Assembly: GCA_963776345.1 (NCBI GenBank)
Contig: CAVZMH010000016.1
Span: forward strand, 672,001-736,000
Reading direction: 5' to 3'
Length of the DNA: 64,000 bases
Source: an uncultured delta proteobacterium
Lineage (GTDB): Bacteria > Myxococcota > Myxococcia > Myxococcales > Myxococcaceae
How positions within the stretch are numbered: position 1 is the first letter of the stretch; every line of letters starts with the position of its first letter. The notes beneath the pieces are model-generated. The model did not search any database and was not told the origin of the DNA. It was given only the letters and a program-made list of their open reading frames with translations. This document shows, piece by piece, positions 20,466 through 30,000 of this stretch. Both the position numbers and the translations under genes were made by a program.

Positions 20466-22498
20466 CCGGCGGTCACCAGGGTGCCGACGCCGTGGTCGGT
20501 GAAGAGCTCGGCGATGGTGGCGTGGGCCACCCGGCCGTCGAGGACGTGGACCCGCTCCACCCCGCCGGCGAGCGCCCGGAGGATGGCGTGGACCAGCGGC
20601 TTGCTCTGCTGAGGGACGGCGCCGTCGGCGAGCTGGTGCTCGAGGTCGGTGACGGTCAGCTGGTTTCGGACCTCGCCGCCCGAGACGAGTCCCTTCGCGT
20701 CCTGGAGGAGGATGAGCTTCGGCGCCCCGAGCGCGATGGCCACCTCGGCCGCGGCGCCCTCGGGCGACAGGTGGAGCGTCTCGCCCCCCGGCCCGATGCC
20801 CACCGGGGCGATGACCGGGAGGTAGTCCTTCTCCATCAGCATCTCGAGGAACCCGCGGTTCACCTCGCGGACCTCGCCCGTGCGCTCGCCCGGAGCGACG
20901 GCGTCGGAGGCTGCCGGGACCGCCCGGAGGAGCGGACCGTCCTTGCCGGAGATGCCCACCGCACGGCCGCCGCCGGCGTTGAGCAGCGCCACCAGGTCCC
21001 CCGTGATGCGTCCGGTGAGGACCATCTCCAGCACGTCCGGATCGACCGGCGGCATCCCCTCCTCCGGAGGCACGGCGCCGTGCACCACCACCGGCCGGAG
21101 GCCCACCGAGCGCAGGAGCACCACGTCCTCACAGAAGCTCGCCCGGAGCGAGCTCTTCCGGAGCCCCTCGCCCGCGTAGCCCAGCACGCAGGTCGTCCCG
21201 GAGAAGCGCGAGATGTACTTGAGCGCCTCGACCAGCAGGGTCTGCTTGAAGCCCGGGCTGTAGCGGGTGAGCCGGTCTTCGCGCCGCACCGAGCCGTCCG
21301 CCTGGGGGACGATGAGCGAGGTGTAGTCCGCGTTGATCTTCACGTAGTCGTAGCTGAAGTCGCAGCCCCAGGCCGTGGCCGAATCCTTGCCGGCGGCGAG
21401 CGCCACCTCCACGACCACCTCGGGCTCGCGCATGCGGGCCCGCAGCGTCTCCGGGTCGTGCGGCTGGGGCGCACCGTCGCCGAACACGCGCACACCCTGG
21501 ATGCGGACCTCGGCCTTCTCCGGGTCGACCGGGTAGTCCTGGCTCCCGGCGCGGGCGCCGACCGTGGCCAGGATGCGCCCCCAGTTCGGGTCCGCGCCGA
21601 ACAGCGCGGTCTTCACCAGCGGGGAGACGGCGATGGCCTTGCTGAGGTCGCGGGCAATGGCCGCGCTCGGCGCCTGGGAGATTTCCACCGTGAGCAGCTT
21701 GGTCGCCCCCTCGCCGTCGGCGGCGATGTCACGGGCGAGCTCGGCGCACACGTCGGTCAGCGCCGCGCAGAAGCTCTCGTAGTCGGGGCCAGCCTCGGCG
21801 ACGGGCGCGTTCGCCGCGAGGCCGTTGGCCAGGGCGAAGACACAGTCGTTGGTGCTCATGTCGCCGTCGACGACCACGGCGTGGAAGCTCGCGTCCACGG
21901 CGCTGCGGAGCATGCGGGCCAGGACCTGCGGCGGCACGGCGGCGTCGGTGCAGACCACGGCGATCATCGTCGCCATCTGCGGGGCGATCATCCCCGAGCC
22001 CTTGGCGAAGCCGAGGATGTTCACCTCGCGGCCACCGAGGTGGAGCGACCGGCGCGCCATCTTGGGGTGGGTGTCGGTGGTCAGGATGGCCTCGGCCGCG
22101 GGCTCGCAGCTCGCGCCCAGCGACTCGACCAGCCGGGGGAGGCCCTGGGTGATCTTCTCCACCGGGAGGGGAACGCCGATGACGCCGGTGCTGGCGGTGA
22201 AGGTCGCGTCGGGCGGGACCCGGAGCGCCGCGCCCAGCGCCCGGCGCACCTGGACCACGTCCTTGCGCCCCTGCTCGCCGGTGAGGGCGTTGGCGTTGCC
22301 GCTGTTGACCAGGATGGCGCGAACGCCCGTGGCGGGCAGCCGGGGCTGGGCGTCCTGCACCGGGGCGGCCTGGGCGCGGTTGATGGTGAAGCAGCCGGCG
22401 GCCGAGGCGGGCACGTCGCTGAACACCAGCGCCAGGTCCTTCCTGGCCGGCTTGATGCCGGCGTGAAGCCCGGCGAACCGGAAGCCCTGCACCATCAT
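20462..22498 (-). CDS. argJ: ArgJ (ornithine/glutamate acetyltransferase) fused to a C-terminal degenerate acetylglutamate kinase (ArgB-like) domain
   Basis: NSGNANA, STGVIG, KGSGMI.P.MATM, DGDMSTND, DGEGATK, DPNWGRI, YVKINADY, then an in-frame AAK domain EALKYISRF...ELFTDHGVGT. Confidence 0.93.
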   Translation of the reverse strand: MMVQGFRFAGLHAGIKPARKDLALVFSDVPASAAGCFTINRAQAAPVQDAQPRLPATGVRAILVNSGNANALTGEQGRKDVVQVRRALGAALRVPPDATFTASTGVIGVPLPVEKITQGLPRLVESLGASCEPAAEAILTTDTHPKMARRSLHLGGREVNILGFAKGSGMIAPQMATMIAVVCTDAAVPPQVLARMLRSAVDASFHAVVVDGDMSTNDCVFALANGLAANAPVAEAGPDYESFCAALTDVCAELARDIAADGEGATKLLTVEISQAPSAAIARDLSKAIAVSPLVKTALFGADPNWGRILATVGARAGSQDYPVDPEKAEVRIQGVRVFGDGAPQPHDPETLRARMREPEVVVEVALAAGKDSATAWGCDFSYDYVKINADYTSLIVPQADGSVRREDRLTRYSPGFKQTLLVEALKYISRFSGTTCVLGYAGEGLRKSSLRASFCEDVVLLRSVGLRPVVVHGAVPPEEGMPPVDPDVLEMVLTGRITGDLVALLNAGGGRAVGISGKDGPLLRAVPAASDAVAPGERTGEVREVNRGFLEMLMEKDYLPVIAPVGIGPGGETLHLSPEGAAAEVAIALGAPKLILLQDAKGLVSGGEVRNQLTVTDLEHQLADGAVPQQSKPLVHAILRALAGGVERVHVLDGRVAHATIAELFTDHGVGTLVTAG

Positions 22499-23560
22499 GG
22501 CGAGACTCCGGGCGCGGGCTCGAGCGCGGTCCGCTCGGGAAGACCGAGCATGAGGTTGAGGTTCTGGACAGCCTGGCTCGCGGCGCCCTTGAGGAGGTTG
22601 TCGATGGACGAGACGACCACCACCCGGCCCGGGTCGAAGCCGGACTCGGCGACGCCGACCGCCACCGCCGCCCGCGCGGTCCCGACGACCCGGGCGATGG
22701 AGACCTGCTCCGGCGTGTCGAGCACCTCGACCAGCGGCTCGTCGCGGTAGGCCGCGCGCAGCGTCTCGGCGACCGCGGTCGCCCGGGCTCCGGGCCCAAG
22801 CCGCGCCGAGGCGGTGGAGAGGATGCCGCGCTTGATGGGTAAGAGATGCGGGGTGAAGGTCACGCGCACGGACTTTCCCGCGCCGCGGGCGAGCGACTGG
22901 GCGATCTCCGGCGTGTGCTGGTGCCGGAGGACCTTGTAGGGGCGGACGTCGTCGGCGACCTCGCAGAAGCTGTAGGCCTCGGTGGCCTGCCGGCCGGCGC
23001 CGGAGACGCCGGAGGCGGCGTCGATGACGATGGACTCGTCGGCGAGGAGCCCGGCCCGCAGCAGCGGGACGAGGGCCAGCGCCGCGGCCGTCGGGTAGCA
23101 GCCCGGGTTGGCGACGAGGCGGGCGGAGGCGATGGCCTTCCGGTCGGAGAGCTCGGGGAGGCCGTAGACGGCGGTCTCGAGCAGGGCCGGGAGGCGGTGC
23201 TCGAAGCCGTAGTGCCTCGGGTAGGCGGCCGGGTCGGCGAGGCGGAACGCGCCCGAGAGGTCGACCACCTTCACCCCGCGCTCGAGGAGGGCCGGGGCGA
23301 GCTCCATCGAGGCCTCGGCCGGGGTGGCGAGCAGCACCGCCGTCGCAGCCCTCGGAGGCGCGCAGGGCCTGGGCGTTCGGGACGTACGCCAGGGCGCCGA
23401 CCGGCCCGCCGATGCCGGTCTTCGCCCGGACGGTCACGCCCTCCCAGCGATCGCTGGCGACGAAGCGGACCTCCACCCCCGGGTGGACGGCGAGGATCCG
23501 GCAGAGCTCGATGCCGGAGTAGCCGGACGCGCCGACCACCCCGATGGCATACTTATGCAT
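22495..23560 (-). pseudogene. argC: N-acetyl-gamma-glutamyl-phosphate reductase with 1-nt frameshift near 23340 (may be a sequencing error)
   Basis: N-terminus GASGYSGIEL (ATG 23560) lies in one frame; VVDLSGAFRL, ANPGCYPT, SGVSGAGR, HQHTPEI, DNLLKGAASQAVQN lie in another; junction GAC-G-GCG-GTG. Confidence 0.9.
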
Positions 23561-23582
23561 TACGTGTGCATATCTATACGCC
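23544..23582. promoter_or_regulatory. Tandem ARG boxes (ArgR operator) overlapping the argC start
   Basis: Cores GGCATacttATGCA (23546-23559) and TGCATatctATACG (23567-23580), 21 bp apart, i.e. two 18-bp boxes with a 3-bp gap, in an AT-rich patch. Confidence 0.8.
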
Positions 23583-23714
23583 CACGCCGGCGGGTGCAAG
23601 CGACCACTCCGCTGGAGCGGCGCCAGTTGGACGGAGGTCGTATCGCGCCCGGGCCGCACCGCCCGCTGCTCCTCGTCATCCACGCCGTGGTGCGCGGGTG
23701 TACGGTTCCGGGCC

Positions 23715-24566
23715 ATGCCCAACCTGTCCCTGATCAAGATGAAGGATCTCTCGTCCTTCCGGAAGATCGCGCTCGGGACCTGGCGGACGGCGTACGACCC
23801 GTCGATCTACGGAACGCTGACCCTCCGCATGGACCGGGCGCTGGACTACATCGCCCGGTTCCGCGCGCGAACCGGGCGTCGCCTCACCGTCAGCCACCTG
23901 ATGGCCAAGGCCTCGGCGATGGCCCTCCAGGCGTGCCCGGAGGCGAACGCCATCCTCCGGTGGAACCGGATCTACCGGCGGCAGCGCATCGGGGTCTTCT
24001 TCCAGGTCCTGATGACCGACGAGGGCGAGGAGAAGCCCGACCTCTCCGGAGCGACGCTGTACGACCTGGAACGGAAGTCGCTGCTGGAGATCGTCGACGA
24101 GTTCGAATCGAAGGTGAAGCTGGTCCGGGAGCGGCAGGATCCCGCCCTGGAGAAGACGCGCGGAACGTTCCAGCGGATCCCCTATCTGCTCCTCCGGCCG
24201 TTCCTCAAGGCGCTCTCCTTCTTCTGCTACACCCTGAACCTGGACCTGCGGGCGCTGGGAATCGCCTCGGATCCGTTCGGCAGCCTGATGATCACCAACG
24301 TGGGAAGCCTGGGGCTCGACACCGCCTACGCGCCGCTGGTCCCGTTCTCCCGCGTGCCGATGCTCTTCGCCATCGGCGAGGCGACGGAGCACGTGCTGGT
24401 GGAGAACGGCCAGGTGGTCGTCGGCAAGACGATGAGCGTGAACGCGACGCTCGATCACCGGGTCATCGACGGGTTCCATGCCGCCAGGATCGCGAAGGTC
24501 CTGCGGGAGTGGATGGAGAGCCCCGACGCCCACTTCGACGCGACCGAGGGCGCGACGCCGCCATGA
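23715..24566 (+). CDS. Stand-alone 2-oxoacid dehydrogenase E2-type acyltransferase catalytic domain
   Basis: ITNVGSLG and TLDHRVIDG catalytic motifs; no lipoyl domain. Confidence 0.85.
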   Translation: MPNLSLIKMKDLSSFRKIALGTWRTAYDPSIYGTLTLRMDRALDYIARFRARTGRRLTVSHLMAKASAMALQACPEANAILRWNRIYRRQRIGVFFQVLMTDEGEEKPDLSGATLYDLERKSLLEIVDEFESKVKLVRERQDPALEKTRGTFQRIPYLLLRPFLKALSFFCYTLNLDLRALGIASDPFGSLMITNVGSLGLDTAYAPLVPFSRVPMLFAIGEATEHVLVENGQVVVGKTMSVNATLDHRVIDGFHAARIAKVLREWMESPDAHFDATEGATPP

Positions 24567-24910
24567 AGCTCACCGGCTTCTCCTTCGGGAAGCTCGTCGT
24601 CGACGGAGACGAGCACACGCACGACCTGGTCATCGACCGCGGCCGGGTCCGGAAGCGGGACAAGCACCCCTCGAAGAGGTACCGCTCGCGCTACGGCCAC
24701 ACGCCGCTCTCGCTCGACGAGGACCTCCCCTGGAAGTGCGAGCGCCTGGTGGTGGGCACCGGAGCCGGAGCGTTGCCGATCATGGACGAGGTCCGCCGGG
24801 AGGCAGAACGGCGGCACGTCGAGCTCATCGCCCTGCCCACGGAGAAGGCCCTCGAGCTCCTGGCCGAGGACCATCCCCAGACCAACGCCGTCCTTCATCT
24901 CACCTGCTAG
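24563..24910 (+). CDS. Mth938-like (DUF498) domain protein
   Basis: FSFG.L.VDG, LVVGTG, LPT.KA, C-terminal HLTC; ATGA overlap. Confidence 0.85.
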   Translation: MKLTGFSFGKLVVDGDEHTHDLVIDRGRVRKRDKHPSKRYRSRYGHTPLSLDEDLPWKCERLVVGTGAGALPIMDEVRREAERRHVELIALPTEKALELLAEDHPQTNAVLHLTC

Positions 24911-26076
24911 GGATGAACCATGAGGAGGCAGCCCTCCGGGACGAGGCAGGTCGCGAGCATCACCTCGTTGATGTCCCGGTGGGCGGCCCACTCCGCTCCC
25001 TCCCGGTGCGCGGGGACCAGCCAGAACTCCTCGATCCTCTCGCCCAGCGGGACATGGCGCCGGAGCGCGGCGACCAGCGCCGGAAGCGGCCCGCTCCCTC
25101 CGGGACGTTTCTCCGACCTGGATCCGATGAGCGCGACCGCGTGAAGCCCGATGGCCAGTCCCAGCTCCCGGAACGCCAGCCGACGCGCAGCGGGCTCCTC
25201 CAGCTCCCCGTGGCGCTCATAGGCGCGGAGCCCGGGGAGAGCGGCGGTGAGGAGGGCCTGCACTAGGTCGTCGGGCCGAAACGGTCCCGCGTCGGCGAGC
25301 TGCGCCACGCGGCAGGCGTCGATCAGCAGGCCGCCCAGCCCCAGCGGGTCGGCAGTCTCCCACTCCGCGGGCCGGAGCATCGCGGCGAAGCCAGCCAGCT
25401 CCTGGGCAAGGTCCGGACCCTCGCCAGAGCTCCCCAGCGACGCAGCCGTCGCCCGGAGCTGCGCACAGGCGACCAGCCCGCCGAGCGGGTCGTGCTGGCC
25501 CATCGATGGGATGAGGGGACGGGTGAGATCCACGCTCATCTTCCACACCAGGCGACGGGGACCCGCGCCGGCGGAGACGCCGAACGAGGCGAAGGCCACC
25601 GCGGCCAGCTCGCGGGCCCAGAGGTTGAGGCGCGGCTGCCGGGTGACCCGGGACGCCTGGTCCAGCGCGTGCATCCACTGGGTGAGGTAGTGGAAGTACT
25701 GGCCGTCGCGGTCCCACTCCAGCCGCTCGTCGAAGGGCTCATCGGCGCGCCGCTCAGGCAGGCGCTTCCCGATGCGCAGGCCGCCGCGGGTGGGGTGCGC
25801 CTCGGCGGCCGCGCCCTCGAGGCCGCTCAGCCAGCCCGCCCGTGGGTCGTCGGGCCGATGTCGCCCCAGGGTCTGGTGCACCCGATCGATCAGGCGGAGA
25901 CCGAGCTCGACCCAGCGCGGGTCACCGGTGCGCCGGAACAGCCCGAGCAGGTTGCAGACCGCGAAGGCGTCGGTCCACAGGTAGCGCTGCGAGCCGCGCT
26001 CGGAGGTGACTCCGGTGCGCTCGGCGAACTCCAGCGTCAGCTGGATCGCCTCCTCCGTCGTGGCGGGGAGATCCAT
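24907..26076 (-). CDS. Conserved hypothetical protein (possible alpha/alpha-barrel, glycosidase-like)
   Basis: 389 aa with GGAGG-like RBS; motifs RYLWTDAFAV, GGLRIGK, DGQYFHYL, WKMS.DL, HRDINEVMLAT. Confidence 0.75.
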   Translation of the reverse strand: MDLPATTEEAIQLTLEFAERTGVTSERGSQRYLWTDAFAVCNLLGLFRRTGDPRWVELGLRLIDRVHQTLGRHRPDDPRAGWLSGLEGAAAEAHPTRGGLRIGKRLPERRADEPFDERLEWDRDGQYFHYLTQWMHALDQASRVTRQPRLNLWARELAAVAFASFGVSAGAGPRRLVWKMSVDLTRPLIPSMGQHDPLGGLVACAQLRATAASLGSSGEGPDLAQELAGFAAMLRPAEWETADPLGLGGLLIDACRVAQLADAGPFRPDDLVQALLTAALPGLRAYERHGELEEPAARRLAFRELGLAIGLHAVALIGSRSEKRPGGSGPLPALVAALRRHVPLGERIEEFWLVPAHREGAEWAAHRDINEVMLATCLVPEGCLLMVHP

Positions 26077-26155
26077 GACTCGCCTCCGAACCTGACGCTT
26101 CCAGGGTAATGCGACGCGCCGGCGTCAACGAGCCGGCGCCGCGCGGCTCCTCCGC

Positions 26156-26854
26156 TCAGACCGCCGCTCCGAACGCCCGGCCAACTCCGGCGGTGAGACC
26201 CATCGCCAGCGCGCCGAGGATGGCCACCCGGACGGAGGCCCTGAGCACCGGAGCACCTCCGGTGGACGCCGCGAGCGCCCCCAGTCCGGCGAGGAGCAGC
26301 AACGAGCCGACCGTGACCAGGGGAAGCACCATTCCCGCCGGGACGGCGACCGACATGAGGACGGGAAGTGCCGCTCCGACACCGAAGCTGGCGGCGGACG
26401 TCAGGGCAGCTTGCAGGGGCCGGGCGGTCAGGGTGGTGGACATCCCCAGCTCGTCCCGGGCATGCGCGGCCAGGGCGTCATGGGCCATCAGCTGCTCGGC
26501 GACCTGGGCCGCGAGCTCTGGCGCCAGCCCCCGGGCGGCGTAGATGCTGGCCAGCTCTTGCTTCTCGAGGCTGGGCTGGGATGCCAGCTCGGCCCGCTCC
26601 CGCGCGAGATCCGCCTGCTCGGTGTCCGCCTGGGAGCGAACCGAGACGTATTCGCCGGCCGCCATCGACATCGAGCCCGCGACCAGGCCGGCCATGCCGG
26701 TGACCAGCAGGCCCCCGTGGCCGGTGCCGGCCGCGGCCACGCCCACCATCAAGCTGGCGGTGGAGACGATGCCGTCGTTGGCCCCCAGGACGGCAGCGCG
26801 CAACCAGCCGATGCGCTCGGTACGGTGCAGTTCGGGATGGACGGTTCGCGGCAT
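26156..26854 (-). CDS. VIT1/CCC1 family Fe/Mn transporter
   Basis: WLRAAVLGANDGIVS, SMAAGEYVSV.SQ, AHARDELG. Confidence 0.93.
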   Translation of the reverse strand: MPRTVHPELHRTERIGWLRAAVLGANDGIVSTASLMVGVAAAGTGHGGLLVTGMAGLVAGSMSMAAGEYVSVRSQADTEQADLARERAELASQPSLEKQELASIYAARGLAPELAAQVAEQLMAHDALAAHARDELGMSTTLTARPLQAALTSAASFGVGAALPVLMSVAVPAGMVLPLVTVGSLLLLAGLGALAASTGGAPVLRASVRVAILGALAMGLTAGVGRAFGAAV

Positions 26855-26965
26855 GGCGCCCCTCTTACCAGCCGGCAACCATCATGACGACGGCGCGGCC
26901 GCACGTGGCGTAGGTTGTCTGAGTTTTCGAGTCACGGCGCCCGGCGGACACCTCGGCGGGCTTTC

Positions 26966-26980
26966 TGGGATTTCGCTTGC
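26966..26980 (+). promoter_or_regulatory. Possible sigma-54 promoter for the glucan synthase
   Basis: TGGGAT-TTCGC-TTGC, GG-N10-GC spacing, about 35 nt upstream of ATG 27016. Confidence 0.3.
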
Positions 26981-27015
26981 CGCCAGGGAGGGCGCCTGCG
27001 CTCGTGAGACGTTCA

Positions 27016-30000
27016 ATGCGACGACCCGCGACCGGCACCTCCTCCTTCAGGCCCTCGCCCCTAGTGCCTCCGTGGCGTCGCTGGCTGGCCCGCCTGTCTC
27101 TCGCCCCTGACGACTCGGAGCAGATCCTCCGGGGTCCACTGGGGGGCGAGCTCCTGGGCCCCGAGGCGCTGGCCGAGCGGGCCCGTACGATCGCCGAGGC
27201 GCAGCAAGCAGGGGCGCGCTTCGGACGGGGCACGCCGCTGCTCGACCGACTCGACGCCACCCGCCGGATCCTCGCCGCCGCCCACGCGCGCCTCACCGAG
27301 GCTTCGTCGGGTGGGGAGGTGGGCCCGGCCGGAGAATGGCTGCTCGATAACTTCTACGTCGTCCAGGACCACATCTCCGAGGTTCGGGAAACTCTGCCCC
27401 CGGGCTATTACCGCGAGCTTCCGGTGCTGGTCAGTGGACCCCTCGCCGGATACCCGCGCGTCTACGAGCTGGCGACGTCGCTCATCTCACACACCGAGGC
27501 GCGGCTCGATCTGGAGACGATCCGCCCGTTCGTCACCGCCTTCCAGGAGGTGACGCCGCTCAACATCGGCGAGCTGTGGGCGCTTCCGGCCATGCTCCGG
27601 CTGGGGCTGGTGGAGAGCGTGCGCCGCATGACCCTTCGCACCGTCCAGCGGCTCGACCAGTTCGCCATCGCCGACGGATGGGCGGCCCGCTTGCAGGCCG
27701 CTGAACAGGCCGGCCCCGATGCCTTGACCGCGGCCGTCACCGCCTTCTCCCAGGCCCACCCCGCCGCTACCTCCGAGTTCGTCTCCCGCCTGCACCAGCA
27801 GCTTCGCTTCGAGAACTCCCGCGCCGCCATCGAGTGGCTCGAATCGTGGCTGGTCGAGGAGGGACACGGAGCGGAAGAGGCCGTGGCGCGCGCCACCCAG
27901 CGCCTGGCGCTGACGCAGGTGATCATGGCCAACAGCATCACCAGCCTACGCACCGTCGGCGGCCTGGACTGGCAGGCCTTCGTCGAAGGGCAGAGCCGGC
28001 TGGAGACGGCGTTGCGCACGGACCCGGCCGGCGTGTACCCGCAAATGACCTTCGAGACGCGTGACACCTATCGCCACGTGGCGGAGCGGCTGGCCCGTCG
28101 CACCGGCTCCGACGAGGTCGCAGTGGCCCTTCGCGCCGTTGCGCTCTCGTCCAACTCGCCGGCGAGCAGCGCGCCCACCAGCCACGTGGGATGGTTCCTG
28201 GTGGACGAAGGACTGGGCGATCTGGAGCGCGCGCTCCAGGCCCGACTCTCGCTCTTCGAGCGCGCCGCGCGCGCGGTGCGCCGGCATCCCACCCTGCCGC
28301 TCGGGCTGGGGATGACCCTGGGCACGGTGACCTGCCTGGCCCTGCTGCTCTGGATGGCCGGGCCAGCAGCACGGCAGGCCTGGCCGGCGATCATCCTCCT
28401 CGGCCTCGTTCCGGCGCACGAGCTCGCGGTGCAGGCGCTCCAGCAGCTGGTGACCCAGTTCTTGCCCCCGCGCCGACTGCCCAAGCTGGACTTCCTCGAG
28501 ACGGGGAGCGTTCCGCCGGAGCTCGCCACCGCGGTGGTGGTGCCGACGCTCTTCGGCAGCGTGGGCGCGGTCGAGCGCGCCCTGGAGAGTCTGGAGGTGC
28601 AGTTCCTCGCCAACCGCGGCCCGAACTTGAAGTTCGTCGTCCTCAGCGACTTCACCGATGCGACGAGCGAGACCCGCCCGGGCGATGCGGAGATCGTCGC
28701 GGCCGCGCAGGCCGGAGTCCAAGCGCTGGAGGCGCGCTACGGAGATGGGCGTGAGACCACCTTCTACCTGCTGCACCGGGCGCGTCGGTGGAACCCTGCC
28801 CAGCGGGTGTGGATGGGATGGGAGCGCAAGCGCGGGAAGCTGACCCAGTTCAACCATCTGGTGCTGGGCAAGGAGGAGGGCGCCTTCGGGTTCACGGTGG
28901 GCGATCTGCCGGCGCTCCGCGCGATCCGTTTCGTCATCACCCTGGATGCGGACACGCTGCTCCCACCCGACACCGCGCCCACGCTGATCGGAGCGCTGGC
29001 CCATCCGCTGAACCGGGCGGTGTACGACCCGGCGCTCGAGCGGGTGGTGCGCGGCTACGCGATCCTGCAGCCCAGGGTGGGCGTCTCGCTTCCCAGCGCC
29101 AACCGCACGCTGTTCGCCAGCATCGTCTCGGGCGCGCCGGGCGTCGACCCGTACACCACCGCGGTCTCGGACGTGTACCAGGACCTCTACGACGAGGGCA
29201 GCTACACCGGGAAGGGCATCTACGACGTGGAGGCCTTCGAACGAGCCACGTGCGACCGCTTCCCCGAGAACGCCCTGCTCTCGCACGACCTCATCGAGGG
29301 GGGCTTCGCCCGCGCGGGCCTGGTCACCGACGTCCAGGTCTTCGACGACTTCCCCTCGCGTTACCTGACCTGGACCGAGCGCAAGCACCGCTGGATCCGG
29401 GGCGACTGGCAGCTCCTGCGCTGGATGATGCGGAACGTTCCAGCGCCGGGAGGCAAGCGGCGGAATCCGCTGTCGATCCTCTCGCGCTGGAAGATCTTCG
29501 ACAACCTGCGCCGCAGCATCCTCGAGGTGGCGCAGGTGGCGCTGCTGGTCGCCGGGTGGACGGTGCTTCCCGGCTCGCCCCTTCGCTGGACGGCGCTCAC
29601 GGTGCTGGCGGTGGGAGCGCCGTGGATCATGACCGGGCTGCTGGCGGTGGTCCGTCCGCCACTCGACCGCTCGTGGCGGGCCTACTACGTCGCGGTGGCC
29701 CACGATGCGGTGGTCAGCGCGCGGCAGGCGTTCCTCACGGTCGCCTTTCTCCCCCACCAGGCGTGGATCTCGGCGGACGCCATCCTTCGCACGGTATGGA
29801 GGCTCACCGTCTCCAGGCGCAATTTGCTGCAGTGGCAGACCGCATCACAGACCGAGCGCTCGCGGTTGGGATCGGCGGGGGATCTGTGGCGCTCCATGTG
29901 GCCCACCGTGGCGCTGACGGCGGTCCTCGTCGGCCTGCTCGTCCACCGGTCGCTGCACGCGCCCACCTGGGGGGCCCTGCCCCTCCGGGACTGGACGGCC

